Shown piece by piece: positions 38,931-49,852 of a DNA stretch of 64,000 nucleotides (position 1 is its first letter; every line of letters begins with the position of its first letter). The stretch spans positions 1-64,000 of the forward strand of contig JAVLKG010000014.1 of assembly GCA_032128875.1 (NCBI GenBank). The letters are read 5' to 3'. The notes beneath the pieces are model-generated. The model made no database searches and was not told the origin of the DNA. It saw nothing but the letters and a program-made list of their open reading frames with translations. The DNA comes from Candidatus Melainabacteria bacterium 17Bon1m (lineage in GTDB: Bacteria; Cyanobacteriota; Vampirovibrionia; Obscuribacterales; Obscuribacteraceae). The translations under genes were made by a program, and so were the position numbers.

Positions 38931-39961
38931 ACGTGCCTGAAAGTTATCCTGGCAACGGATTGCCTTTTGGCCGAGCGAGAGTTGCTGATATTGTCAATGC
39001 TCGCTTAGGCGAAGACGAGTTGGTTGATGCTTTGAAGCAAATCGCTTCTCAGCCCTTATCGGCTGAGTTGATCGGTTTGTTTATTGAAGAAACTCGCAAG
39101 ACTGTTGTTGGAAAGGAAGATTTGCCGCCAGGGGCTGGTTTGATAGACGTAAGTGGAACCGGTGGCAGCGGGCTTGCGCACTTCAATACATCTACCTTTT
39201 GTGCGTTTGTCCTTGCAGCGGGCGGCGTCAGTGTAGGTAAGTTTGGCAATCGCGCATCGAGAAGTGGCGCCGGCAGTGCAGATTTGCTGGAGGCGTTGGG
39301 TATTCCATTGAATTTGCCGGCTGCGCGGGTTGGTGAAGTGATTGAACGCGCTGGAGTCGCGTTTCTCTTCGCGCCTCATTATTACCCTGGTTTGAAAAAA
39401 CTCGCCCAGGCGCGAAAGGCTGTTGGTCAGCCGACAATTTTCAATCACATCGGTCCGTTGCTAAATCCAATCGAGCCGGAATATCGAGTCTTTGGAATGA
39501 CTTCGCAAGCTGCAGCTTCGCTTGCCGCACAATATCTGCAGGAGTCGGGTGCACGTGTATTGATTGTGACTTCCCAAACGGGGCTGGATGAGCTGATGCC
39601 AGGAGCATACAATCATGTCTTCCATGTGGATAAAGGTGTCACTCAAGACCTGTCATTTACTGCTCCCGGTGCATCGTTGTTGGATTTGTTAGAGCAAAAG
39701 AGCGCAAACAGTGGAAAGCCGCAATTTGATTTGCAGCATAATCTGAAATTGTTTAATCGGCTGATGGAAAGCAAAAGTGACTCTGAGACTCAACCTTGGC
39801 TCGATTTGGTTTGCTTGAATGCCGGTGCTGGATTTTTCGTGGCTGGTATTGCAGATGATGTAAACGCAGGGGCGGAGCATGCCAGAGATTTGATTTTTAG
39901 TGGACGTGTCAAAGAGAAGTTCGACCAAGTGAGGCAAGTTTATGAAAAGTGTGCTGCGTGA
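38927..39961 (+). CDS. trpD: Anthranilate phosphoribosyltransferase (divergent)
   Basis: GTGGSG, FNTST, GNR..GSADLLEALG, GPLLNP, GLDE. Confidence 0.9.
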   Translation: MNVPESYPGNGLPFGRARVADIVNARLGEDELVDALKQIASQPLSAELIGLFIEETRKTVVGKEDLPPGAGLIDVSGTGGSGLAHFNTSTFCAFVLAAGGVSVGKFGNRASRSGAGSADLLEALGIPLNLPAARVGEVIERAGVAFLFAPHYYPGLKKLAQARKAVGQPTIFNHIGPLLNPIEPEYRVFGMTSQAAASLAAQYLQESGARVLIVTSQTGLDELMPGAYNHVFHVDKGVTQDLSFTAPGASLLDLLEQKSANSGKPQFDLQHNLKLFNRLMESKSDSETQPWLDLVCLNAGAGFFVAGIADDVNAGAEHARDLIFSGRVKEKFDQVRQVYEKCAA

Positions 39962-40799
39962 AATCGTCGAGCACAAACGTAATGAAGTGGCTGTCCGCGA
40001 AGTCACTCGTCCTCTTGCTTCTTTTGAGAATCAAGTGACGCGCGCAGACAATTGTTTTATTTCTTCGTTTGCACGACGTGATTGCGCCAACATAATTGCT
40101 GAAGTAAAACCCCGCTCTCCTTCGATGGGCAGCGCGTCTAGTAGTTTTGATCTTGCATCCGTGCTCACTACATACAATAAGTATGCTCGCGCCATCTCTG
40201 TGCTTACCGATGAAAAATATTTTGGTGGCAGTATCGCTCTTTTATCTGAAGTGAAAAAACACTCGTCATTGCCAGTTTTGTGCAAAGACTTCATAATATC
40301 TCGATATCAAGTTTTGGAGGCGCGCGCCGCGCAAGCGGATGCGATTTTGCTGATCGTAAAGTCTCTGGCTGATGAGGAATTGGTTGAGCTTTATTCCCTG
40401 TGTGTAGATCTTGGTATGACAGCCGTGGTCGAAGTGCAAAATGAAGCAGAAGTTGAACGCGCTCTTAAAGTCAAACCGCAACTGATTTTAGTAAATAACC
40501 GTAATCTCGATAGTCTGGAAATTGATTTGGCGACTTCTGAAAATTTGATGCCGCTGATACCGGATTCGGTAGTGAAAGTGGTGGCAAGCGGAATTGAGAG
40601 CGCCAATGATATTAAGCGTCTGGCGAATGTTTCGAACAATTTCTTGATTGGTTCGAGTTTGATGAAGTCGGAAAATATAGATGAGAAGCTGCATGAGTTG
40701 GCGACGGCGCTATCACCTTCAGTAGGGGAGGCGCATGCGCCTGCCGGATCAGGGAACCGCATGCGGCTCCCGTACGGGGACTCGGGAGAGAATGGATGA
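39942..40799 (+). CDS. trpC: Indole-3-glycerol phosphate synthase with REP-derived C-terminal tail
   Basis: IAEVKPRSPS, ISVLTD, LCKDFI, VEV, NNRNL. Confidence 0.93.
   Translation: MKSVLREIVEHKRNEVAVREVTRPLASFENQVTRADNCFISSFARRDCANIIAEVKPRSPSMGSASSSFDLASVLTTYNKYARAISVLTDEKYFGGSIALLSEVKKHSSLPVLCKDFIISRYQVLEARAAQADAILLIVKSLADEELVELYSLCVDLGMTAVVEVQNEAEVERALKVKPQLILVNNRNLDSLEIDLATSENLMPLIPDSVVKVVASGIESANDIKRLANVSNNFLIGSSLMKSENIDEKLHELATALSPSVGEAHAPAGSGNRMRLPYGDSGENG
40722..40775. repeat. Inverted REP-like doublet inside the trpC 3' coding end
   Basis: gtaggggaggcgcatgcgcctgcc...gggaaccgcatgcggctcccgtac. Confidence 0.75.
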
Positions 40800-41449
40800 A
40801 TACAAAGATCAAGATCTGCGGAATTACAAGCCTTGAAGATGCTCTCGCGGCACTGGACGCTGGCGCGGATTACTTAGGTCTGATTTTTGCTCAAAGTTCG
40901 CCACGTCGCGTAGAAGAAGCCGTCGCAAAAGAAATCGTTGCCGGAGTCGGTGGACGCGCGCAGATAGTAGGTGTTTTCAAAGATCAAGAAATCGAATATG
41001 TATCCGAGCTTGCGATGAGCCTGAAGCTCGACTATGTGCAATGCCATGGCAAGGAAACCGTAGAGTATGCACGACGCCTGCCAACTCGAGTGATAAAGGT
41101 CTTCGAATTGGAAGCTTTGGATGAGGTCGTGGCTGCAGAAATATTGGCGTGGAAAGACGACGCTGCATTCCTACTTTTCGATCGTCCCAAACTTTTGAAA
41201 GATCCGGAGTGGTACAAACGCGCCATCGATGAATTGTGTGCTGCCGGACCGCTAGCGATGCCCTATTTCTTCGCGGGAGGTTTGACATCGAAGAATGTTG
41301 GCGAGGTTGTCGAGGCGCTTCAGCCTTTTGCCGTCGATGTGGCATCGTCGATTGAATCGGCTCCTGGTCAAAAGGACGTAGGTAAAATGAATGATTTTTG
41401 CAAGGCTGTAAAACGTGACAGTGGAGGAGTATCGGCATGCGCACTCTAG
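40796..41449 (+). CDS. trpF: Phosphoribosylanthranilate isomerase
   Basis: [29 protein letters not shown]. Confidence 0.95.
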   Translation: MNTKIKICGITSLEDALAALDAGADYLGLIFAQSSPRRVEEAVAKEIVAGVGGRAQIVGVFKDQEIEYVSELAMSLKLDYVQCHGKETVEYARRLPTRVIKVFELEALDEVVAAEILAWKDDAAFLLFDRPKLLKDPEWYKRAIDELCAAGPLAMPYFFAGGLTSKNVGEVVEALQPFAVDVASSIESAPGQKDVGKMNDFCKAVKRDSGGVSACAL

Positions 41450-42606
41450 GAAAGTTCGGCAAATATGGCGGCGTGTATGTGCCGGAAACCCTCATGCCTG
41501 CACTTGAAGAGTTAGAGGAAGCTTTCGCTACGATTGTGCCTGGCGATGAGTTCAAGTCTAAATTGTCATCGCTTCTTACTGATTTCGCCGGGCGTCCGAC
41601 GCCTCTTTATCATGCGCAAAACCTCTCGCAAAAGTGGGGCGCGCAGGTGTTTTTGAAGCGCGAAGACCTTTTGCACGGTGGCGCGCATAAGACCAATAAC
41701 GCATTGGGACAAGCGCTCCTCTGCAAAATGATGGGCAAGGAGCGGGTCATTGCAGAGACGGGCGCTGGGCAGCATGGTGTTGCGTGCGCTATGGCCGGAG
41801 CGCTTCTCGGACTGAAGACCGAGGTCTACATGGGCGAAGTTGACATGGAAAGACAGAAGCCGAATGTCTTTCGTATGCAGTTGCTCGGCACCACGGTGCA
41901 TCCGGTAAAAACCGGCAGCAAGACCTTGAAAGACGCCATTAATGAAGCGCTGAGAGATTGGATTGCCAACCTTGAAAACACGCATTATCTCCTGGGCACC
42001 GTCGCCGGACCCCATCCGTTTCCCAGCATGGTGAAGCACTTTCAGAAAATTATTGGCGAAGAGGCAAGCGCTCAAATTCAAGAAAAAACTGGACGCGCAC
42101 CAGACTATGTCGTTGCGTGTGTGGGCGGCGGCTCCAATGCAATGGGCATCTTCGCAGAGTTTGTCGAGCAAGCATCAGTCAAGCTTGTTGGTGTAGAACC
42201 AGCGGGAGCCGGTTTGGAAACCGGCAAGCATGGCGCTGTTCTTGCGCTTGGCTCGTATGGTTGTGTGCACGGTATGAAGAGCCTCGTTCTTCAAACTGAA
42301 GAAGGGCAGATTCAAGAAGCGCATAGCATCTCGGCTGGGCTCGACTATCCATCTGTTGGGCCGGAACATGCTTTTCTGAAAGATACAGGCAGGGCGCGAT
42401 ACGAGAGCGCAACCGATCAAGAGGCGCTTGCCTCATTCCACGAACTATGCCGCGAGGAGGGCATAATTCCGGCACTGGAAAGTTCGCACGCGCTGGTCAT
42501 CGCTAAAAAGTTGGCTCAGGGTGAGGCTGCCGGAAAAACTATCATTGTCAATCTGTCCGGTCGCGGTGACAAAGATCTGCACGAGGTGATGAAGCATGAT
42601 AAGTAG
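41437..42606 (+). CDS. trpB: Tryptophan synthase beta chain
   Basis: [39 protein letters not shown]. Confidence 0.98.
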   Translation: MRTLGKFGKYGGVYVPETLMPALEELEEAFATIVPGDEFKSKLSSLLTDFAGRPTPLYHAQNLSQKWGAQVFLKREDLLHGGAHKTNNALGQALLCKMMGKERVIAETGAGQHGVACAMAGALLGLKTEVYMGEVDMERQKPNVFRMQLLGTTVHPVKTGSKTLKDAINEALRDWIANLENTHYLLGTVAGPHPFPSMVKHFQKIIGEEASAQIQEKTGRAPDYVVACVGGGSNAMGIFAEFVEQASVKLVGVEPAGAGLETGKHGAVLALGSYGCVHGMKSLVLQTEEGQIQEAHSISAGLDYPSVGPEHAFLKDTGRARYESATDQEALASFHELCREEGIIPALESSHALVIAKKLAQGEAAGKTIIVNLSGRGDKDLHEVMKHDK

Positions 42607-43423
42607 AGACAGGTATCGTGCGAGGTTTTGTGCGCTGAAAGAGTCTAAGAGAGGCGCATTTATGCCTTTCACAGTGCTCGGATGGCCGGATGAAGAGACT
42701 TCGTTCAACATCATAAAGACGATGATCGACAGTGGCGCCTCTGCGCTCGAATTGGGCATTGCATTCAGCGATCCGGTGGCGGACGGTCCAATCATTCAAG
42801 CCGCCGCCCACAAGGTCATAGAAAGTGGTTATACGGTCAATCAAGCGCTGGATTTAGTCGCCCGCGTGAGAAAATACAACGATGATATTCCGATCGGTCT
42901 CCTGGTCTACTACAACCACATCATGGCGATGGGTGTTGAGAAGTTTTTCGCACGAGCCGAAGAATGTGGTGTAGACGGAGTGCTCGTCGCCGACTTGCCC
43001 GCTGAGTCGTCCGATGAAGTTGTTTCCATTGCCACCGGTAATAACATCAGCAGCATCTTCATTGTCTCTCCCCTCACACGCGAAGAGCGTCTCGACAAAA
43101 TCGTCAAGCACGCTCGCGGTTTCATCTATCTCGTTTCTCGCCTCGGAGTGACCGGTACGGACGAACGTGACGCAAGCCGCGACACCCGTCTTACCTCTTT
43201 GATTTCGTCAATCAAGCAAGCGACGGAGCTTCCGGTATTGGCTGGTTTTGGCATCTCAACGCCAGCCCACGCAGAGCGCATGATGGCATCCGGTGCTGAC
43301 GGGGTAATAACTGGTTCGAAAATCGTTGATCTCGTCGCCAAGGCGGATCCCGCGAAAGTTGAATCCGAATTGACTACCTACTTGAAGAGCATGGTGTCAG
43401 CGCTCAACTCCGTGAAGGTGTGA
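42596..43423 (+). CDS. trpA: Tryptophan synthase alpha chain
   Basis: [32 protein letters not shown]. Confidence 0.97.
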   Translation: MISRDRYRARFCALKESKRGAFMPFTVLGWPDEETSFNIIKTMIDSGASALELGIAFSDPVADGPIIQAAAHKVIESGYTVNQALDLVARVRKYNDDIPIGLLVYYNHIMAMGVEKFFARAEECGVDGVLVADLPAESSDEVVSIATGNNISSIFIVSPLTREERLDKIVKHARGFIYLVSRLGVTGTDERDASRDTRLTSLISSIKQATELPVLAGFGISTPAHAERMMASGADGVITGSKIVDLVAKADPAKVESELTTYLKSMVSALNSVKV

Positions 43424-43431
43424 GATTTACT

Positions 43432-43492
43432 GTGGGGGCGATGCTATGCGTCGACCGGTGCAATTGTGGTCGACGCATGGCGTCGATCCTAC
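43432..43492. repeat. Inverted REP-like doublet after trpA
   Basis: gtgggggcgatgctatgcgtcgacc...ggtcgacgcatggcgtcgatcctac. Confidence 0.75.
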
Positions 43493-43511
43493 GGTAGAAA
43501 ATCGGCAGGTA

Positions 43512-44801
43512 ATGAACACAACTTCTACTGTAGAGAAAATTGCAATCATCGGTGCGGGTCCGGTGGGCATCAGCATGGCACGCGCCTTGAAGCAGAAAGG
43601 TATCGCATACGATCAGTTTGAAGCAGGAGACGGTGTCGGCGGAAATTGGCGGCACGGCGTTTATCACACAGCGCACATAATTTCTTCGCGCAAGACGACA
43701 GAATTTCCCGACTTTCCGATGCCGGCGGATTATCCGGATTTTCCGAGCGCCGCACAAATGCTTGAATATCTCAATGCGTACGTCGCTCACTATAAGCTCG
43801 ATCAACACATTGAATTCAACACTATGGTCGAGCATGCAAAGCCAGATGAAGCGGGTTTGTGGAAACTGCGTTTGAGTAATGGAGAAACGCGCTTGTACGA
43901 TGGTGTGATTGTTTGCAATGGGCACCATTGGGACGTGCGTATGCCATCTTATGGTGGAACTTTCTCGGGTGAGATGATTCACTCCAAAGATTACAAGGAG
44001 CCTTCGCAACTCAAAGATAAGCGCGTCCTCGTGATTGGCGGTGGCAATTCGGCCTGTGATATCGCCGCTGAGGCTGCGCGTGTTGCACGCTCTGCGCATC
44101 TGAGTCTTCGACGCGGATATTGGTTTTTGCCAAAGACCTTTTATGGAAAACCGACCGCGGAGTTGCTAACGACATGGATGCCGGTGTGGATTCAGCGACT
44201 GCATTTGGAGCTATTGGTCAAGATTGCTGTGGGCGACTATCGCAACTATGGGCTGATGAAGCCTGATCACCGGATATTCGATCACCATCCGACCATTAAC
44301 ACCGAGCTGCTGCATTACTTGAAGCACGGCAGGATTAAGCCGCATCCTGATGTGAAGCGGTTCGACGGAAAGCTGGTTGAGTTTGTCGATGGAACTCGCG
44401 AAGAGTTTGATCTAGTTGTGTGCGGCACGGGATTCAATGTATCCATTCCGTTTTTGGAACCTGGTGTCATCGATATTGACGGTGCAATTGTGAAGACGCA
44501 GTGGGGTGTAATCGCGCCACATCATCGCCAACTCTATATCTACGGCTGGGCGCAGGCGCGTTATGGATTTGGTCCTCTCCTCACGCCTGCGTCGGACATG
44601 ATTGCTGACTTGATATTGCTGCAGCGCCGTCTGAATCATCCCATTGGTGAGATTTTGGCGAAAATGAAACAACCTTTGCCGAAAACGCATCTACTTGATC
44701 CCATGGCTGCACTTCGCATGGTGAAGTCGGCAAGGATGTCGCTATGGATGCTGCCGCTGGTTGACAAATACCTGATGAGCGACGGAAAACCTGCCAGATA
44801 G
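43512..44801 (+). CDS. Flavin-containing monooxygenase
   Basis: IIGAGPVG, VGGNW, FSGEMIHSKDYK fingerprint, VIGGGNSACD, CGTGF. Confidence 0.92.
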   Translation: MNTTSTVEKIAIIGAGPVGISMARALKQKGIAYDQFEAGDGVGGNWRHGVYHTAHIISSRKTTEFPDFPMPADYPDFPSAAQMLEYLNAYVAHYKLDQHIEFNTMVEHAKPDEAGLWKLRLSNGETRLYDGVIVCNGHHWDVRMPSYGGTFSGEMIHSKDYKEPSQLKDKRVLVIGGGNSACDIAAEAARVARSAHLSLRRGYWFLPKTFYGKPTAELLTTWMPVWIQRLHLELLVKIAVGDYRNYGLMKPDHRIFDHHPTINTELLHYLKHGRIKPHPDVKRFDGKLVEFVDGTREEFDLVVCGTGFNVSIPFLEPGVIDIDGAIVKTQWGVIAPHHRQLYIYGWAQARYGFGPLLTPASDMIADLILLQRRLNHPIGEILAKMKQPLPKTHLLDPMAALRMVKSARMSLWMLPLVDKYLMSDGKPAR

Positions 44802-44899
44802 GCGCACCTGAAGATCTGGCATAATTGGAGCCGCCCGTACCAGACCCGTCAAGCGGGAGAGAGAAACGTAAGATGCAAATTGGTTCGAGAAAAATAGTC

Positions 44900-47065
44900 A
44901 TGCGTAATGTCAAAACATCATTGCTCGCGTTAATCGCCCTCTCATTGAGCACAACATCTATAACATTTGCCGCTGGAGCCACCGTGAAAGAAGCAAACAA
45001 AGAAGTCGTGAAGACAGAACCAGTGAAGACTGAAACGACAAAATCAGAAGCCAACTCTGACACGTATTTGTGGTTGGAAGATGTCGAAGGGAAGAAGGCG
45101 CTAGATTGGGTTCGTGCTGAAAACGCTGTTTCAACAAAAGCTCTCGAGGCGTTGAAAGACTTCGCGCCAATTAAGAACAAACTTCGCGAAATCCTCGATT
45201 CGAAGGAACGTATTCCGCGTGTCACCAAGCGCGGGCAGTTTTACTACAACTTCTGGCGCGATGATAAAAACGTGCGCGGGCTGTGGCGCCGTACCACGAT
45301 GGAAGAGTACAAAAAAGACAAGCCCAGTTGGGAAACCGTGCTCGACCTGGACGTCTTAGCTGCGAATGAGAAAGAGAATTGGGTTTGGGGCCAAGCGCAG
45401 GTTTTGTATAAAGATTACGATCGTGCACTGATTGAACTTTCTCGTGGTGGTGCGGATGCTGTTGTCGTGCGCGAGTTCGATCTGACCAAAAAAGAATTTG
45501 TCAAAGATGGCTTTTCTCTTCCTGAAGCGAAGACCGATGTCGGCTGGGTTGACCGCGATACTTTGTTCGTTGGAACAGACTTTGGCTCTGGTTCTATGAC
45601 AGACTCCGGCTATCCAAGAATAGTAAAAGAGTGGAAGCGCGGAACGCCGTTAGCCGATGCGAAGACGCTTTTTGAAGGGAAGAAATCGGACGTAGGTGCT
45701 AATGGGTACGTTGTACACGACCACGGTCAGACATATGAATTCATCTCTAACCATCCGACATTCTTCTCAGAAGATGCCTATATCCGCAAGGACGGCAAGT
45801 TGGTGCAGATTGGAAAACCTGCAGACGCGGTGGTTCAAACTTACGACAAAAATATTCTTCTGCGCCTGCGTTCTGATTGGACTGTTGGTGGAAAGACTTA
45901 TAAATCCGGCACGCTTCTTGCTGAAGATTTTGACGCGTTTCTCAGAGGCGAAAGGACCTTTGACGTACTCTTTGAGCCGACCGAAAGAAAGTCACTTGAG
46001 TCTATTTCCGACACGAAGAACTATTTGATTCTGACAGAGTTGGACAACGTCAACAGTCGTCCATACTTGCTTTCTAAGAAGAGCGGAAAGTGGGAGCGCA
46101 CGAAACTTGATGCTCCGGAAATCGGCAGCGTGAGTGTCGAGGGCATTGATTCTGATGAATCAGATGATTACTTCATTACGATCACCAACTTCTTGACGCC
46201 TTCCAGCCTGTGTTTGGGAACCGCTGGGAAGCCAGGCACCGAGACGTTGAAGCACTTGCCTGCGTTCTTTAATGCGGACAATTTGCAGATTCAACAGTTT
46301 GATGCAAAGTCGAAGGATGGGACGCGTGTTCCGTATTTCATGGTTTCGCAAAAAGGTCTTAAGCTTGATGGAAACAATCCCACGCTGCTGTATAGCTACG
46401 GTGGTTTTGAACACTCTCTTCTTCCTGCATACAATGCAGTGGTCGGGTCTGCTTGGCTAGAACGTGGTGGCGTCTATGTCTTGGCTAACATCCGCGGCGG
46501 CGGAGAATTTGGTCCGAGCTGGCACAATGCGGCGCGCAAAGAAAATCGCCAGCGCGCGTATGATGATTTCATTGCGGTCGCTGAAGATTTATCTTCTCGC
46601 AAAGTGACTTCGCCTAAGCATCTCGGAATTGACGGACGCTCTAATGGCGGACTGCTTATGGGTGTGATGCTCACACAAAGACCCGATTTGTTTGGCGCTG
46701 TTCATTGCGGTTCGCCGCTGCTCGATATGCGCAGATTTAGTCACTTGCTTGCCGGTGCAAGTTGGATGGACGAATATGGCGACCCTGATAAGCCGGACCA
46801 ATGGGCTTACATCTCCAAGTATTCGCCTTATCAAAACGTGTCTAAAACCAAGAAATATCCGCCGATTTTGATCACTACTTCAACACGCGACGACCGTGTT
46901 CATCCAGGTCATGCTCGCAAATTCGCAGCGTTGCTGAAGGAGCAAGGTCACGAGGTCTTGTATTACGAAAACATCGAAGGTGGGCACGGCGCCGCTTCAA
47001 ATAACGAGCAGGTCGCCTTTATGCAATCACTCGCTTACACATTCCTCTGGAGCAAACTCCGCTAG
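44900..47065 (+). CDS. Secreted prolyl oligopeptidase (S9A)
   Basis: Signal peptide; YLWLED, NIRGGGEFG, GRSNGG, DDRVHP, EGGHG. Confidence 0.95.
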   Translation: MRNVKTSLLALIALSLSTTSITFAAGATVKEANKEVVKTEPVKTETTKSEANSDTYLWLEDVEGKKALDWVRAENAVSTKALEALKDFAPIKNKLREILDSKERIPRVTKRGQFYYNFWRDDKNVRGLWRRTTMEEYKKDKPSWETVLDLDVLAANEKENWVWGQAQVLYKDYDRALIELSRGGADAVVVREFDLTKKEFVKDGFSLPEAKTDVGWVDRDTLFVGTDFGSGSMTDSGYPRIVKEWKRGTPLADAKTLFEGKKSDVGANGYVVHDHGQTYEFISNHPTFFSEDAYIRKDGKLVQIGKPADAVVQTYDKNILLRLRSDWTVGGKTYKSGTLLAEDFDAFLRGERTFDVLFEPTERKSLESISDTKNYLILTELDNVNSRPYLLSKKSGKWERTKLDAPEIGSVSVEGIDSDESDDYFITITNFLTPSSLCLGTAGKPGTETLKHLPAFFNADNLQIQQFDAKSKDGTRVPYFMVSQKGLKLDGNNPTLLYSYGGFEHSLLPAYNAVVGSAWLERGGVYVLANIRGGGEFGPSWHNAARKENRQRAYDDFIAVAEDLSSRKVTSPKHLGIDGRSNGGLLMGVMLTQRPDLFGAVHCGSPLLDMRRFSHLLAGASWMDEYGDPDKPDQWAYISKYSPYQNVSKTKKYPPILITTSTRDDRVHPGHARKFAALLKEQGHEVLYYENIEGGHGAASNNEQVAFMQSLAYTFLWSKLR

Positions 47066-47075
47066 TGCGCGGGGC

Positions 47076-47243
47076 GTGGGGGCGTGTTGCACACGCCCGG
47101 ATAGATCGGCTGTTAGAGCGTGGGGGCGTGTTGCACACGCCCGGATAGATCGGCTGTTAGAGCGTGGGGCGTGTTGCACACGCCCGATTTTCGTAGGGGC
47201 GATGCCATGCATCGCCCGGCCGGAGCGCCGCCATCTTGGCGGC
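47076..47243 (+). repeat. REP-like array: three GTGG-type copies at 44-bp period plus two other REP types
   Basis: gtgggggcgtgttgcacacgccc with identical linkers; 47193-47217 identical to 15642-15666; ggagcgccgccatcttggcggc at 47222. Confidence 0.9.
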
Positions 47244-47273
47244 TTTGAACGTTTGGCATTTCGCAGTTTGTTT

Positions 47274-48428
47274 TTACCTTAAAGTCTTCGCGCGCTTCGC
47301 GTTCGCCGCGCGAGCTTCTTCGTAGATTTTGTTTGCTTTAGCTTTGTAGTTGAATTGTTCAAGCATGTCTCCATAACTCTCTAATGTTGAGGCATATGCA
47401 GACTCAGCTTTAGGAGTGGTTTTGAGCTTGAGCAGGGCTTCTTCGTAATACTTACATGCTAGGTCTTTGTTCCCCTTCGCCGCAGCGATGCGAGCAAGAT
47501 CTGCATTCTGCTTTATCGTCTCAACATTGTTGAGTCCAAGATTCTTAGCCTTAATTGAAAGGGCTTGCCTGTATAACTTTTCAGCCATAGAGTACTGCCC
47601 ATCTTTTTCTAAACTGAATGCTGTGCAATCAAGTTTTTTTGCCATGCCTAAACACTCAAGCCGTCGATTCCACTCATGCCACATTGCCTGCGCATCAGAT
47701 TGTATTTTCTGTCCTGCCTTTTGTTGGCGTTCCAGCTGCAGTTTTGCTTCAAGGTTTGATGCCTTCTTCACTGCGATGACTTGAATTGTTTGCGCCTCGT
47801 TTATGTCATTCAAAATTGTCTTTAGCAGGCTGACTTTGCTGTACAAGTCCAACTCGGAATTCTCTATGTTCCGAACAACTCTCGCCATCAGGTTCAGCTC
47901 TTCGGCATATTGCTTTCTTTCGTAATGTTCTTCAGCGAGTTTGCAAAGCTTTGCTCGTTCGAGGCTATGTTGAAGCTGATTAAGTGAAAGCGGTCCGCTT
48001 ATAGACCCTCTGCCGTTTGCGAGTAGTCGCTCATACAATGTTACTGCAGGTGCGTACATGCCGAATTCTTCTGACTGTTCAGCGTAGTCCATCGCCTTTT
48101 GCCTGTCTGAGAGCTCGTCGACAGGCAGCCGCCTTGCTTGGATATTGCGCCAGCCTAGCAGAGTTGCCCTTGGAGTCGTTTCCCCAGGGGGTGTATTGTC
48201 TAATCTTGTTGCCATCGTTGAACGGGCATAAAACCCGCTAAACTCGCTCGGAAAACGGGAGTTACTGTATCTCCTACTTTGCTTGTGTAGGTTTACACCC
48301 TCATTAAGAACGCGTTCGTGGTCTGACATATCCGGACAGAAGTGTTCGTGCTCCTCTGCGATGGCAGCTGGAGCTCTGACACTGAGCAATTGAATTAGAC
48401 AAAGGGCACCGAGCAGCATTCTGTTCAT
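47274..48428 (-). CDS. Secreted TPR protein
   Basis: Signal peptide; GQYSMAEKLYRQALSIK and TLESYGDMLE TPR units. Confidence 0.8.
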   Translation of the reverse strand: MNRMLLGALCLIQLLSVRAPAAIAEEHEHFCPDMSDHERVLNEGVNLHKQSRRYSNSRFPSEFSGFYARSTMATRLDNTPPGETTPRATLLGWRNIQARRLPVDELSDRQKAMDYAEQSEEFGMYAPAVTLYERLLANGRGSISGPLSLNQLQHSLERAKLCKLAEEHYERKQYAEELNLMARVVRNIENSELDLYSKVSLLKTILNDINEAQTIQVIAVKKASNLEAKLQLERQQKAGQKIQSDAQAMWHEWNRRLECLGMAKKLDCTAFSLEKDGQYSMAEKLYRQALSIKAKNLGLNNVETIKQNADLARIAAAKGNKDLACKYYEEALLKLKTTPKAESAYASTLESYGDMLEQFNYKAKANKIYEEARAANAKRAKTLR

Positions 48429-48613
48429 AGCGAAAACCTATGGACGAACAACCAGCAGCATAGATTTATCGATAATAACCTGTCGGTGCCTATTCTCGCC
48501 AGCGATGATATGCCCGGGGCGTTGTTATCGCCACGATAAAGCATTCGCCTATAGATAAAGATATGATTGAAAAGTTTTCTTGCCGTCTCCTTCGAGTGTC
48601 AACTACCAAACAG

Positions 48614-49852
48614 ATGAAGAAAGTCTCGACAATAGCAGTTCTGAGTGGCATTTTTGTCTGTAGCCAGGCTAGTCTTGCTCTATCGGATATTTCGCAGAAT
48701 GTCTCTTGGGAAGCGCTTGAGGCAGAAAAGGCACGCTCCAATCTATTGCTCAGTAAAGATGTTTTTCCTGAGTATTTCGATAAAACTTCGTACGAAAAAA
48801 GCGAATTCGATTTGCAAATGTACTTGAATGCTGTAGTCGCGGAAAGCAATATTTCTGGTCCTGATTCTGCAGCAACATTTGGGTATCTCCTTGATTTTGC
48901 AGACTTTCTCTATCGCCGTAAATCTGCTCGTTTTGCAACTACGGTAAATTTCATCAGTAACAGGGTTCAGTTACTTTCTGTCAATGAGCAGAGCAAGCTT
49001 CTTCCAAAGATCTTCTGGTTTTTGCTGAATCTCTGCCACGAAGAGGAAGAATTGGATGCCTTGCCTTTAGTAAAAACGGCAATTGAATTGAGCTTAAAGC
49101 CAGGTATTTCTGTGGATATGAAGACCGCGCAGTCGTTGTTTGCTATTCAAAGAAACTATACCGAGTCTCGTAGCAGTGTGACTCCAGATGGGCGTCGGGA
49201 GCATTATGTCTTGCTGCTAGTCCAAACTGCTTCAATCCTTTTTGACAAGCTCCAACCATTAAGTAAGGATGCTGTGGTCGCGCACGAGCGGTTGGCTTTT
49301 CTGTATGAGGAACAATCGCGCCATGAACTGGCTGCGAAGGAATACTACAAAGTTGAGCAGTTGAACAACAGAAAAGCTGTTGGCGATTTGGAAAGTTCTG
49401 AGATTTTGCTTCGCCTCATGAAAATAGAGGTGACAGCGCATCAATGCGGCAAGGCGGCGAACTTGTATTTTAAGCATCGGCATCTTTTCACTACTGTTCA
49501 ATCAGCTGAAAAAATGTCGGAAATTGTTGAGTTACTGCTGCAATCCGAAGATTACGGCAGGGCTATCAACGTTGCTACTGCTATATTTCCACACTTAGAT
49601 TGGAATCCGAATAAATTTATTCCGTCCAAGGCTCAGATATGGCCTGGTTGCGGATTTTCTTTGCCTTACAAACAATGGCCAACTACGCAACTGCGGCAGT
49701 GGTTAGGAGTATGTATTAGTCAGCAGAGAATGGACATGGCGCGGCTTCTCTACAACAAGTGTGCGCTTGCTGCAACGGATTTCAATAAAGCGGGCACAAC
49801 CGAATACAGCCAGTTGCGAAGCCTAGCGAACGAACTCAATTTGTTTCCGTAA
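48614..49852 (+). CDS. Secreted helical-repeat hypothetical protein
   Basis: Signal-like N-terminus MKKVSTIAVLSG; degenerate TPR (ERLAFLYEEQSRHELA). Confidence 0.65.
   Translation: MKKVSTIAVLSGIFVCSQASLALSDISQNVSWEALEAEKARSNLLLSKDVFPEYFDKTSYEKSEFDLQMYLNAVVAESNISGPDSAATFGYLLDFADFLYRRKSARFATTVNFISNRVQLLSVNEQSKLLPKIFWFLLNLCHEEEELDALPLVKTAIELSLKPGISVDMKTAQSLFAIQRNYTESRSSVTPDGRREHYVLLLVQTASILFDKLQPLSKDAVVAHERLAFLYEEQSRHELAAKEYYKVEQLNNRKAVGDLESSEILLRLMKIEVTAHQCGKAANLYFKHRHLFTTVQSAEKMSEIVELLLQSEDYGRAINVATAIFPHLDWNPNKFIPSKAQIWPGCGFSLPYKQWPTTQLRQWLGVCISQQRMDMARLLYNKCALAATDFNKAGTTEYSQLRSLANELNLFP

Noticed and set aside
47076-47185. Possible CRISPR array
   Set aside because: Linkers are identical, the repeat is a dispersed REP, and no cas genes are present.
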